From NCBI GenBank assembly GCA_964247055.1, contig OZ176057.1:4898001-4962000 (forward strand): a DNA stretch of 64,000 nucleotides. The letters run 5' to 3'. The position numbers and the translations under genes are program-made. This document shows, in pieces, positions 1 to 13,255 of this stretch. Each line of letters starts with the position of its first letter. The first letter of the stretch is position 1. The notes beneath the pieces were generated by a model. The model worked only from the letters and a program-made list of their open reading frames with translations, did no database searches and was not told the DNA's origin. This DNA is from Paragordius varius. Its lineage: Eukaryota; Animalia; Nematomorpha.

Positions 1-260
1 TTTCCCGTTCTTTGATACAGTAATAAAAAACATCAAATGATCAATATGGTTGTTCTAAAACCCACATTTTATATTTGGTAATTCAACGCTTTGAATAACG
101 AAAGAAAAATCGAAATGAAATCGGTAGCACACACCCAATTTAATTATAAATATTTCCAATTTATCATATCATATAAGGCTGGTAGAAATATTTTAATTAT
201 AAAAATCTGGTTATTTTTAACCTAAATTTTTTTATATTTCATTAATATTTTTTATTTTAG

Positions 261-2090
261 ACCCAGGCTGTTAATACATCAGTGAGTGACGCATCAAATG
301 CCGCAGAACAAACAGCCACAAAAACTTCGTACACAGTAAAACTTACCCAATTTGATGACACGAAAAAAGTTACCCTGATTAAAGAAATCAAAAATCTCAT
401 GACTGATATGAATCTAGTCCAGGTATATATATCATTTACAGTTCAAATTCACCCTCGTACATTTCGAATTTTACCCTCGAACAATACAAATTCACCCTTG
501 AACGATTTTAATTCACTATAAAAAATAAATTATGTTTTCGAAAGATAACTCATATATTTTCAGTATTATTCCAATCAAAAACAAAATTTTATCTTTTGAA
601 AATATATATAAAAATACAAGTTTTAATCTTAAAATACATATAATTTATTAGGGGTGACTTTGAATTATAAATGGTATAGTATCTCAAATACAAATAATAT
701 ATATTTAACAATAAAACTTGGCAAAATTTTTGATACACTTGTTAGTATCTTACTAATATATTTAAACTGTTTGGGTTATTAAAATTTAGGATTATAACTG
801 AATTTATATCATTCACAGTTTAAATTCACCCTTGAACAATTTAAATTCACCCTCGGACAATTCAAATTCACTCTAGAAGAAATTATATGTTTTTTAAGAT
901 TAAAAATTACTTATATTTTTTATAATTTAATTAAAAATAAAATTACGTTTAAAATTAATATTCTACTGAAGAAATAATAAACTATGCCATAAAATTTTAT
1001 ATTAATGATGAGTAGGCGAAACACATAATTTATATTTAGGGTGGATTTGAATTTTTCAAGGGTGAATTTGAATTTTTCGAGGGTGAATTCGAATTGTAAA
1101 TGGTATATATAAGTTTATTGGACTTATGGAGAAATAATTTAAAGAAATGCTTTAATATTAAAATATTTTTATATTGAAAATGATTTTTTTTAAACATGCT
1201 TTTCAGAACTTTTAAATGTTTGAAAAAAATTTTTTAATGTGTATTATTTGAATTTAGCAATCAATTAATTATATAACCTAACTTAACTTTTTTATTTAAT
1301 CCAATTACGGTAAAAATTGGAATTATACGGACAAAACGTAAAAATATGACAACCCCATTCTTTTTTAAACCATTATTCCTTTATTAACTATTCAATATGG
1401 ATGGTAAAATATCACATTGATTGTTTTACCATTATACATCTCTATTTCATACTTTGCAGTTTAAACAATGAGTATTAAATTTAATCATGGAAATATGGGT
1501 TGGTTTAAAGAGTATGGGTTGTCTTTTAATTAAAAAAATATTTATATTTATATTTTTACGTTTTGTCCCAGCATATATACCATTTACAGTTCAAATTCAC
1601 CCTTAAACAATTCAAATTCACCCTTGAACAATTTATATTCACCCACGAACAATTCAAATTCACCCTCAAATAAATAACATGTTTTTTAAGATAAAAAATT
1701 ACCTATATTCTAGTATATTTTTAAAAAATATAATTTTGTTCTAAATTATAATAATATTGAAAAAATAATAAATTATGCCATAAAGATATATTTTATATTA
1801 ATAGAGTTATATTAGTTCGAAAACACCTAATTTATTTTTAGGGTGAATTTGAATTGTTCGAATGTGAATTTGAATTGTTCAAGGGTGAATTTGAATTGTT
1901 CAAGGGTGAGTTTGAACTGTAAATGGTATAATTTCTCAATTTTCCTTTTTTACTTTTTATTTGTCTTTTTTAGGCCAAAAAATTTGTAGAAAGTTTGCCT
2001 CAGATTGTTAAAGCTGATATGGGGAAAGACGAAGCAGAAAAATTGAAAAAGCAATTAACTGATATTGGTGCAACCGTTGTTATTGAATAA
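261..2090 (+). CDS. MRPL12: Mitochondrial ribosomal protein L12 (bL12m), last two coding exons (261-422, 1974-2090); 5' part lies outside the window
   Basis: Exon 261-422 follows a tttag acceptor and reads TQAVNTSVSDASNAAEQTATKTSYTVKLTQFDDTKKVTLIKEIKNLMTDMNLVQ, then a GT donor at 423. Exon 1974-2090 follows a pyrimidine tract and AG and reads AKKFVESLPQIVKADMGKDEAEKLKKQLTDIGATVVIE*. The phase-0 join gives the characteristic L7/L12 C-terminal domain. Confidence 0.93.
427..678. mobile_element. MITE family A (TATACCATTTACAG termini, 21-bp aacaattcaaattcaccctcg subrepeats), MRPL12 intron
   Basis: tatatcatttacagttcaaattcaccc ... tgaattataaatggtata. Confidence 0.85.
805..1107. mobile_element. MITE family A, MRPL12 intron
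   Basis: Inverted termini and subrepeats as above. Confidence 0.88.
1576..1930. mobile_element. MITE family A nested in the right arm of a family B MITE
   Basis: tataccatttacagttcaaattcaccc ... gggtgagtttgaactgtaaatggtata. Confidence 0.92.
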
Positions 2091-2438
2091 CACTCCAATA
2101 TATTATTCCTCTAAAATAAATTTTATGCTCCCTATAGCACAAAAAAAATTGTTAGCTACAGTAAAAATTATGTTGATACAATAAAAACATAGAGCTTTTA
2201 AAATATAAATAATTTTTTGGTGAAAACGCCATATTTTGACAACTTTAATGTTTTTTGATATAAATTGGTAATAATTAAGAATTTTTATAAATATGGAAAA
2301 AGCAAGGATTAAATATTGTGATCTTTTTTAAAAAAGAAGTCTTTTGCTTTTCACGTTTTGTCCCTATTTTTAATTTAATGATAAAACTTGGTGATTCGAT
2401 TTGTTCCGATTAAAAAATAACACTTGTTTAATTGTCTT

Positions 2439-2588
2439 TATATCATTTTCAATCAAACGCAACATTACGAGCAAACGCAATATTTTAAGGAAACACAATT
2501 TTTCAAGACGCAACATTTTCCATTCAAACAAAATGAATAAAAATGTTGCGTTTGGTTGAAAAAGTGTTGTTCTTGACTGAAATGGTAT
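2439..2588. mobile_element. Miniature family F element
   Basis: tatatcattttc...caaacgcaaca units...tgttgcgtttggttgaaaaa...aaatggtat. Confidence 0.7.
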
Positions 2589-2959
2589 GTATAAATGCCT
2601 ATATATTTATTTTTGCCGCAATTTAAAATATTGCAATTACAAATATAAATCTATTGCTAAATAATTAAACGAAGTTGAGCATTTAAATTGGATTAATATG
2701 GTATTAAGCAGTGCGTACCACAAAGCTACATAGGATAATAAATATGAACAATAAATGCGGTTAAATACTAAAACTTGTCATAATTTTTTGCCAAAAAAAT
2801 CTCATTTTTATTTCGAATTATATTAAATAAATAGGAGGAAACGCGTAACTAAATTATATTCATCAATATGAATAATCCTAAATACAAAATTTTATTTAAG
2901 TTTTCGAGAGTCAGAGAAATACATGAATTAAGGTTTGAGGCTGAAAATATGTTATTATG

Positions 2960-3350
2960 TGGTAACTAGTGTTTACCCAATAAATCGTATTTAAAAATGA
3001 TTTAAGTTTTATTTTAAAGGAATTTTTTGAGAATTCGCACCAAAGCGCAAGTAGTCTATAATTTTAATAGAGCCTCCAATGTTTTATAGTATCTTTTCCA
3101 TACAATTCGATAATATACATCTACTGAGTATTTTAAATTTAGGGAGTTTTTAAGCCCATCAGCCGAGATCTATTGTCAAAATGTCACCAAAATATTAATT
3201 ACATTTTTTGGGATCAAAAAATTGTGACGATAGGTGTTTTTTAAATTAAATTGTATATACATGTGCTATGCTATTTCCGCTTTGGTGCAAATTCTTAAAA
3301 AAATTTTCTTTTATAGCTTATATAATTTTTATCGATATATTGGCTAACCT
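2960..3350. mobile_element. Palindromic MITE-like repeat (family M)
   Basis: gagaattcgcaccaaagcg (about 3028-3047) vs cgctttggtgcaaattctt (about 3278-3297), with weaker outward pairing. Confidence 0.55.
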
Positions 3351-4678
3351 CCAGATACACAGTAAATTTATTACTGTAAAATCTTTTACAGCATAAAAAT
3401 AAGTTTTTTAGGACAAATTTAAAACCAACGTGGGATTTTTTACCATCTCTATGTCTTCCCAGGACCGAAAAAATGTCTCTTTATCGAATTTTGTTTTTAA
3501 CATAATAAAACAAATTAAGAGATAAAATTTAGCCAACGTGTAATTCAATTTAATTCGACCTAATGTGCCATAAAATGCCATTTTTTGATATTGCGTCTAA
3601 TAGCACGAAAATTAAATTAATTTTTTCAGGTATTAATTCTGATTTTAATGAATTTTATAAAAATAGGATTATAACTAATAATTATTTAAGATTTATCCTT
3701 TTTGGATTTGAATAAAAAGGTTTATAAAAATGCCAATTAAATTAGCTCAATATTGTTATTTTTGGTTAATAAATACCTTTCTATATGAATTAATTATTAT
3801 ATTTACAAACAATCGCTCAAACAACAATCATCTATATATTTTGATGCTTCCAACATTTTAGAAATTACAATCAATATTTCAACTTAAACAAAAACGTTTT
3901 CCATACTATAAATATTGGGCAACTAAATAATTAATACATTAAAAACATCGATTTAAATTGGTTATAAACAGTCACCAATTCCATAAATTATAAAACATTT
4001 CTCCTTATATCGAGAAAATTTGGCGGTTTTTAAGTATCGGTATAAAGTCGAGCGATTTATCGTTAATTAAATAAATAATGATATTGAAATTACACCATAT
4101 ACCCAACTAATTTTAACCATTTTGTTAACACAAATTTATTTCTTCATCAATTACCCTCTCAACATTGCTCCTTATACCGAGAAAATTTGGCCGTTTATAA
4201 GTATCGTTATCAAGTCGAGTTACTGCAAAAAAATACTTTTTTTTATTGAATTCTGTATAATTTTTCCGGAAAATAATTTGACAACATTATTATTAACTCT
4301 CATTATGGCTCATATAAAGGTCCATCTCTCAACTGTCTTCCAGTGACCAGTTTCATGACAAGCAAATATATAGCAGAGATTATATTATATAGTTAAATGT
4401 TTTTAAAGATTATTTATTTCAGATTAGAAATCTCGCGATTTCAAAAATATTCTCTCTTTCCTCCATTCTCTAAACACCTGATTTTTACGACCTTTCATTT
4501 AACACACTTTAACCTCCTCTCTAATAAAGCTACCTGAGACCAAATTTATTAATCTCTGTTCCTGCCTAGTATGCCTACCGTTTTTACAAACCTTTCTTTA
4601 TTATTTATTAAGGAATCCCATTAAATTACTTAAGGCGCTAAAGGCTTACGCTTTTAACATTTATTGGTATATCTGTTA

Positions 4679-5055
4679 TATACCATTTACAATTCAAATT
4701 CACCCTTAAACAATTCAAATCCAACCTTGAACAATTCAAATTCACCCTCGAACAATTTAAAATCATCCTAAAAATAATTATGAAATTTCGGTCTAATACA
4801 ATTCATCATTAAAATTTAATATATTTTTATGACAAAGTTTTTATTTTTTCAGTATTATTTTGATTACATATAAAATTTCTTTATTAAAAAATCTAAAAGA
4901 TATAGGTAATATTAAATCTTAAAAAACACATAATTTATTTTAGGTTGAATTTGAATTGTTCGAAGGTAAATTTGAGTTGTTCAAGAGTGAATTTGAATTG
5001 TTTGAAGGTTAATTTAAATTGTTCAAGGGTGAATAAATTGTTTAAGAGTGAATTA
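4679..5055. mobile_element. MITE family A, right terminus missing
   Basis: Left terminus plus inverted subrepeat arrays. Confidence 0.85.
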
Positions 5056-5069
5056 ACAAATATTTTAAT

Positions 5070-5620
5070 TATGTTGTTGTAATCTGCAAATTAGGTATTG
5101 TAGTCCATGCTTTAGAGACTTTCGCGGTACAATATACAATCGATTTGTGATTTCTTACTTCTACTTTCCTAGATATTTAAATGGCTATTCCTTTGTTAAA
5201 AAATTTTTTACATTTAAGTTATAATTGAGTGTACTTAAATTAGCCCCTTGTTCATTTTTAACTTCGTTACTACCGTCATACTAAGATTCCAAAGCTCTTC
5301 GATTGTATTCCACATGTCCATTGAAATCATCAAAAATAAGATTTGATGTATTTTGGTAATAAAGTCATTTCTCCATCTAAAAAATCATCAAATATACTTT
5401 TGTCCATTTTAGTTGACCCTATCTGAGGAGCATAAACGCTTATGTAAAAAAACTCTCTTATCTAACAATATGTAAATACTTATATATCTGCTGTCGGCAA
5501 GTCTAACCTCATTTACTTGGTTGGTATATCTTGAACACACAGTTATTGCGACTCCACTGTAACCGTTCTTAGAACCTGAATAAAACATTTTAGAGTTATC
5601 CTTTAAAGTTTTGGTATATA
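5070..5620 (-). mobile_element. LINE (RTE-like) AP-endonuclease relic
   Basis: Broken frames giving KMFYSGSKNGYSGVAI, YAPQIG, DFNGHV and SQID motifs typical of the APE domain. Confidence 0.75.
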
Positions 5621-8600
5621 TATAGTTTCTTAATTGCACAAAAAATTTACCTTTTTTAACCTTATTTCAACTAATACATATAGCGTACTTCTTAACGAAC
5701 CAACATTTTAATGACAAACACACATTCCACAACATCTGCCTATTGTTCTCCCTAGAAATCTGACCTGCACGCCTCACAAACCCCCCCTCCCCTCAAAAAA
5801 AAGAAATTCTATTAAAAGAAATGATATTATTTTAACATTATTTTTAAATAAGGTTTTAATATATTCACCACTATTTGCCCATAAGTTTAAATATTTGTCA
5901 AAAAACAGTTATTCGTTTTAAAGAAAAATTTAAATGGTTGTGTTTGCTGTCGTTTATAAAGCTGAGATTTTTCTAATTTGCCCGATCTTATATAATATTC
6001 CAAACTAAAACAGTAATATATATTTTCATAAGATGGCCAAAAAATTCAAAAATAAAAAACGGTATTTTATAAATATTATTTTGATATATAAGTTTTTTAA
6101 TGTATAAAATATGAATGTTAGTTTTAATTAGTGAAAAATTAATATAATTTAATATATCCCAATATTCTAATCGTGTAATAAATATGTTAAAAAATATTTT
6201 TTTATCTGATTTTGTAAATTTAATATATAAAGTTATATCATTATTTATTGATTATCCTTAATTTTCACTTTTACCCCGAATTTTTATTTTCTCTCAGTAA
6301 TTAGGTTATCAATACATGAAAAAAATGTACGTTTTTTTTGCAAGTGTAATATTAATATTTAAATATACCCTATAAACAATATTTATTATTCCATTTTAAA
6401 ATCATCAAAATTAGCAACGATTGTAATAAATCACAATTATTGTAATATGATCATTGTATCAAATTAAAAAGTTGCAATCGCCATCTTGAATAACCTCCGG
6501 AAAATTGGACATGATATCAAAGAAACTAGAATTATAAAATTTTCATATATACAAACAGTTTAATTAAAAATCTACTAATAAGCGTTCTTAAAAGCAAAAA
6601 TTCCAAGATAAATTATATGCTGTAATAGTACTTGTCCAAACCAGGGTTATCAACAGCAGTCTCCCAAAAATCTTATGTGCGCCCGCAAAAAATTGGAAAT
6701 CCATAATTTATAAAGATGTGCATTAAAAAATTTTTAGTAATATCGATATTTCTAAAACAAATTTTATGAATAAATTTCCATGGGCAATGAACAAGAAAAA
6801 TTTGCTATATAATGTTTCCATTAAACAGTTTTAGCTTTGAATTTAACAAAATATTTTTAAATGCCCATATGCAAAAATGCTGTCCGCGAAGCCATTTGTG
6901 TTGGACACCCCTGATCTGAACGTTTACGAGAATACATAAAAGTTGACATATGTTAATTTACCGTATATTATCATTTTATTCATATCATAAATGTTCAAAA
7001 AGGTTAATTATTACACAAAACCCTCTATAAATTATAATTACTTTTGGAAAAATTCCGAAGGATATAGTAAATGGTGTGGATTCGGACACAAACTCTAAAC
7101 ATTTGAGTATAAAAATTTTAAAATTAAGAAAATGGATTTGATTTGATATGAATTATAGTAGGCGTAGTTTGCATTTCTAGCGACCGGAGCACAAACCGTA
7201 ATACCTCCCCCCCCTCTTACCCCTGACTTTTTAATGTATTATTTAATATAATAATTTTTAAATACTTATTTTGGAATAAAATTATTAAAATTCTTTCTCG
7301 CATTAAGTTTACATGAAGCAAAGGGCAATATATTTGGCCTTAATTTATATTTATTGCATTATACTGCTTATAGGCGCAATAAGAATGCCTTTTGCTGCAT
7401 ATACTATCTGACAATATACAGTAGTCATGTATCCTTTATTTTATCAAAAATTTGTTTTTTTTCGTTAAATGGGTATAAATATTTGGTAAAGAATGGAAAA
7501 AACAAGAGCTCCTTGCTATTAACAATATCATATTCATTAAAAAAAGTATATGAATTATTATAAAGCTCTTGTTTTTTCCATTCTTTACCAAATATTTATA
7601 TACATTTAACGAGAAAATTTTTTTGATAAAATAAAGGATTCATATGACTGTATATAATATAAAACTAATTTACATTCTATGCAGTAATTTTCAATGGTAT
7701 TACGTATATATTACCTCCAATGTAAATTTCAGGTATTCAGAACGTATTTTCCGTGTATCATTTTCCTATCAAAATATATATTCATGTAAGAATTAAAAAT
7801 TTAAATTATATAAAAAGTTATAATTAGCCAAATTCACGCTTTACATTAAACTTCATTATAAAGTTGACATTTTAAGATTTTCAATTTTAATTTTAACTCC
7901 CTTACGTACATTAAAAATTGAATAAAGGCAAACGTAAAACATAAAGAAAAATATTTTTTTCAAAGTCTGCTTTCTATACTTTTTTATACTTGATTTTTTT
8001 AAATCAAACTCATTGTTACGAATTGCAAAGTATGAAATAATGTGCAAGCTTATCGATTATATATTTGCAATTTATATCATTTATGTAGAAAAAATGATGG
8101 TTTAAAAAATATGGGTTGTCTTTTGAAATATATATTTATCGTAAGTTTTTGCGTTTAGCCTGTATAAATTTTATCAATCTCTATAGAGTATAAATGCAAT
8201 GATCGAAAATGATATTATTTATTACAAAAAATATACCCAACAAAAATAATATCGAAATTCTTAACAAATATTACCATGCTTGTTAGAACTTCAAGGCTTT
8301 CCTCGATCAAATTTCGGATATAATTTGGATTTCGGTTATTATTATCTCCAAAAACTATAAATTTTTTATACAATAAAAATTCATACGGACAAAATAATAA
8401 AAAATTAAAAAAGACAAATATTTTTTTCTAATAGACAAAAAACATATTTTTCAAATAAAATAAAATAAGAAATAGAAACGTTATTTGTTAAATTTTATTA
8501 ATAAAGAAATTAAAATTGTAATTAATAATTTATGTAGGCAAAATCTAGGTTCAAAAGTAATGGCATCTTTTTTGAAAAAATATTTTATTTTCGTTGGTAT

Positions 8601-8910
8601 AATTTTAATTTTTATTGTAAAACTATATTTTTAGTATGCAAAATACCAATTTCTTTATTGAAACATAATGGCAATAAAATTATAAATAATATGATATACG
8701 TGCATCCAGAACATCCAATACTATTTGATATTTTATTCTATAAAGAAAAAATATTTTATTCATATAGTTATGGTAATATTATAATATGTGACTACTCTAA
8801 AATAATAAATTACCGTAAAAATTGCAAGAAATAGAGGTGTAAATTGTTAACACTTATATCTAAAGTTTGGGTTTATATAACTTAAGTAAAAAATTTTGAG
8901 ATTTTATTAA

Positions 8911-9360
8911 TATGGTTGTATTGATGTCATGTGGCGTCCAAATCTTGTTGTATTTTAATTCCCATATTCCTATATGGTGGGAAAGCTGGACGCTGAAAAG
9001 AAATGACAAACGACTATTTTGAAATATGGGTTTAAAGGAAACTTCTCCAAATAAAATGGACAGACAAAATTCCTAACGCCACTATTTTAAATAAAATTAT
9101 TCCGAAAATGTCACTACTAAGCTTAATATGGCAAAAACTATTTTTTCTTGGCCACATTATGAAATTTAATTGACTTGAAAGTCAGTTATGCTGGGAAGAG
9201 GTTTTAGCAAAAGAGGAAGAACTCGTTGAATGGATAACATTCTTAAAGAAATCAACCAAACATTATCCAAACTAAACGCCTGATTTTGAATTTGCTATGA
9301 ATGGACAAGGTATATTTTCAATGTTGCAGTTAGTCGGAATCGACCTTAGCAACAACAAAA
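8911..9360 (+). mobile_element. 5'-truncated RTE LINE 3' end with short inverted 5' segment
   Basis: Sense LIPIFLYGG.SWTLKRNDKRL...IKWTDKIPNATIL...FLGHIMK, 3' tail gtcggaatcgacctt; 8911-8955 is antisense KYNKIWTPHDINTTI. Confidence 0.82.
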
Positions 9361-9439
9361 CTAATATGGTTGTCTTTTGGAGAAAAAAATATTTTTACGT
9401 TTTGTCCATATATTATATATTATCACTTTTATATCAATA

Positions 9440-9574
9440 TATACCATTTACAATTCAAATTCACCTTTAAACAATTCAAATTCACCCTCGAACAATTCAA
9501 AATCCCCCTAAAAATAAATTATGAAATTTCGGTCTTGAATTGTTTAAGGGTGAATTTGAACTGTAAATGGCATA
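9440..9574. mobile_element. Short MITE family A
   Basis: Both termini present, internal deletion. Confidence 0.85.
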
Positions 9575-9581
9575 TATATGG

Positions 9582-9760
9582 TATACATTTTTATGGTTGC
9601 CTATTTCACACTATAGTTGGGCGAAATATTGTATAAAAAACAAACTATTGTAAGAAAGAAAAAATTTGGTTGTGTATTTTGCTATTTTTTCCATACACTG
9701 TTGTGCTGCGAATTGCCCAACTATAGTGTGAAATAAGCAACCATTAAAATGCATACTGTA
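9582..9760. mobile_element. MITE family C (TIR tacagtatgcattttaatggttgcttatttcacactatagttgggcaa)
   Basis: Palindromic, about 180 bp; other copies at 10062-10244, 19416-21013 (split by the hAT), 40225-40418, 41115-41305. Confidence 0.85.
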
Positions 9761-10295
9761 TAAATTATTTAAGCTACCCAGGATTCGTAGAGTTTAATAT
9801 TGTGGTAAAAGGCTGTTTGTAGGGTCCCACTCCAATATCTGTGTAAAATATGAATTTTCTTTGGGTTACCATATTAGTGCCGAAATTGTCAGTGAAGCGA
9901 TAAAACTATATATAGTATAAAAGCATAAAATTATAACATAAAAATGTAAAAAATTAACGGAAAAATATTTTTTTATAAGAAGACTGAAATTTAATAAATC
10001 TCGATTATTTTTAATTATAACTATATATTTAAAATTTTATAGATATGTAAATTGTTTCAGTTACAGTGTGCATTTTAATGGTTACTTATTTCAAACTATA
10101 GTTTGACGATTCGCAACACAGTAATTTACTGTAAAAAAGAAAGGAAAATTGTTTATTCGACATTTGGTTGTCCATTTCCATACACTACTGTGTTGGAAAT
10201 TGCCCAACTATGGTGTGAAATAAGCAACCATTAAAATGCATACCATATATGGTAAAATTATTTATAAATATCAAATATCCCTTTGAACTTTTTTA

Positions 10296-10301
10296 AAATT
10301 G

Positions 10302-10343
<42 letters not shown>
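10296..10343. repeat. (TA)n microsatellite
   Basis: Long TA run; others near 35245, 38345, 42785, 44057 and 47276. Confidence 0.95.
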
Positions 10344-10345
<2 letters not shown>

Positions 10346-12055
10346 CTCAATATTTTGGAGTTAAAATATATGAAAATAAATATGTATATGGGTAACACAA
10401 TAAATTATATGTTTTACAAATGTAATTATAAATTTTATGTGGGAATTGTGAAAACCAAACAAAGTATCATGGTTGTCTTTACCAAATATTTGACTTTTGT
10501 TTTGTCTGTATAATTTTAAATTTTACTGTAATACATGCCATATAAATTAATAAATAATTTTGTAATCGCTTTCGCATTTGGAACCTACAGAACAAGAAAG
10601 ACGGGTAAGCTTAAAAATGGGATTTGGCTACTGTTTTGAATAAAATTTTCAAACAAACGGCTCTTAATGTGGAAATTACTAATTTATTTTAAATAAAATT
10701 ATTAATTTGTTTTAGTAAAAATTGATAAAAAGACAAAACGTAATTAAAAGATTAATATTTTTTCTTTAAAACAACCAACCATATTTTTTGAACCTACATA
10801 TTTTTAATTTTTTAGGTGTCAAAATAAATAGTAAAAATGTAAATTGGTAGGTAGCACTCTTTATATATTTCAAAATTGTAATTATGTTATGTGATAAATA
10901 TATAGATTTACAGTAAAATTAAATTTTACGTACAAAAAGTAAAAATAATAAGATAAAAAAATTTTTTCAAAAGACAACTATACTTTTTTAAACCTAAATT
11001 TTTCCTATATTAATATTTTACATACAAAAATATAAAATTACTAATACATCTCTATTTTGTAATTTTTTGTCTAAAACAATAAGTTATATTTAAAATATTA
11101 AGATATAAAAACTATCATTATCTTCTATATAAAAATTTTTGACTTTATATTTTTACATTTTGTCTGTATATTCAAATATTATAGTTTAAAATGGTAGCCT
11201 TTTATAAAAAATGTAGTTTAATTTTTACTAGTTTTAAGGTAGATAATAAATTATACTTGGGGATGCAAAACGTTAGTTGGTATGGAAAACGGATTTTGAT
11301 AATACTAAAATATATATATTTTTTAAAAAAAATTAAATTGCAGGAAATATTGCATATCATAAATTTGAACTTCAAGAGTGTCCTTAAAAATTTAAAGTTG
11401 GTCCTTTAATGATTGCACATATAAAAAAACTATTTTATTAAAATAATCAAAATATAAATCAACATACCGTTTATTAACAAAATAAGTTATATTAATTTAA
11501 AAATTTATAAAGAGAATAGGTTAAAATGATAGAGAGAGATGAATGATACGTTCTTTGATCGATAATAATAAAAGCACAATATAAATGTTAAAAACCAATT
11601 TGAATTATAAAAAAATCAAAGGCACACTTTGGACAATCTTGAAGTGTAAAAGATATTTGAAGTGTAAATAGTATATATAAAATGTTAAAATATTTATGTG
11701 AAAGTAATTATTGTTTTAATTATAATTATACCTGAAATAAAAATCAACCCTGAAATTTATGATTTTTCTATCAAAATATAATTTCTTTCGACAAAACATA
11801 TATTTTATTAGCAGATGTAGATTTTAAGCCAAAAAAGTTATGTGCAAATATTACAGATAATATATATTAAATAATATTTTTACCAATACTGGTAGTCCAT
11901 TTACTAGGGTAGTTTGGATTACAAATCTTGAGTTTGTAATATTTTTCTACGATAATCAAAATATAATGCTAATTTATTAAATTATATATTGTTTGTCTTA
12001 TAATATTTTGTAGAAATAATTTTTTATGATAAATCCGCAAAACATACATATATAT

Positions 12056-13240
12056 CACTGTGAGCAAAAAAATCAACAAAATTTTTTTATGAGATTGCTT
12101 ATGACCAGCGTAGTTTTCCGCAAAAAAATTTTTTGTTGCCTAGTTTTTGAAATTTTGGAAAATCGAAATCGGACAAAATTGAAAAATAAGGATAATTTAA
12201 AAAATAAAGATGAAACTTGAAATATTATGGTTTATTATCATTTAAGAAGATATTTTCAATATATATATATAGCCTAAAATTATATAGTTAGGGTTTCTAT
12301 ATAGTTTCAGCTCAAGAGATCGTTAACACTTTAAAAACAGAAAAAATTTAATGAAATGTTAAAATAACTTTTTATTTACTACCTAAACTCACTAATAAAA
12401 TCTTAACATTCATATTTTATTCAGTAAAAAATATTAATATATCCAAATAAAACCAAAAATATTGTTTTTTATTTTTGCATTTTTTTTGTCATCTGTATGA
12501 GTGTATTAAAAATTTGTAGAGTTTTATTTTGGATTATTACATGAGTGGGAATTATTAAGTATATAATTTTTGCAAAATAGGATTAAAAAAAATGGAATAT
12601 CATCCAACAATCCTTACAAATCCCTATAAAAAGTCTGTTTAATGACAAATTAATATTTTTATTGGGATTTGCACGGATTGTTGGTTGATATTCGACTAAT
12701 TTTAAATCCTATTTTGCATAAATTATATACTTTATAATTCGCACCCATGTAAGAATCCAAAATAAAACAGTATAATTTTTTATACACACACCAACCAGAT
12801 GACAAAAAAATGTAAAAGTAAAAAACAATATTTTTTAATTTTATTTTGATATATAAGTTTTTTTACTGAATAGAATGGATGTTAAAATTTTAATAGTGAT
12901 AGCTATTAAATAATTAAAAATAATCATGTTAATTAAAAATTTTTGTCTTGTGAGTCTTTTAAAAGAACGCCATCTTTTGAGCTGAAATTCTATAGAAACC
13001 CTTACTATATGATTTTAGGCTATTTATACATTGAAAATATAATAAAATGTTATAAACCATATTTCAAATTTTATCATTATTTGAATTATCCTTAATTTTC
13101 ACTTTTTGCCATCTCTCAATATTTCAAAAACTAGGTTGTCAACAAATAAAATTTTTTGCGGCAAATATCAGTCGTTATAAGCTATCTCAATATAAAAAAA
13201 TTTTTTGTAAAATCAAAACCCTCTTTTTTGCATACAATAT
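12056..13240. mobile_element. About 1.15-kb palindromic element (family H)
   Basis: Arms of about 550 bp are reverse complements (e.g. tagcctaaaattatatagttagggtttctata vs tatagaaacccttactatatgattttaggcta) around a short spacer near 12630-12660. Confidence 0.85.
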
Positions 13241-13255
13241 ATATATATCTATATA

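Noticed and set aside
9781-9835. tRNA/SINE-like fragment (A-box and B-box-like words)
   Set aside because: No convincing cloverleaf and a poor B-box match.
12056-12083. RSS-like CACTGTG-12 bp-AACAAAATT at the family H end
   Set aside because: The nonamer match is weak in A-rich DNA and other H ends do not preserve it; kept only as a note on CAC termini.
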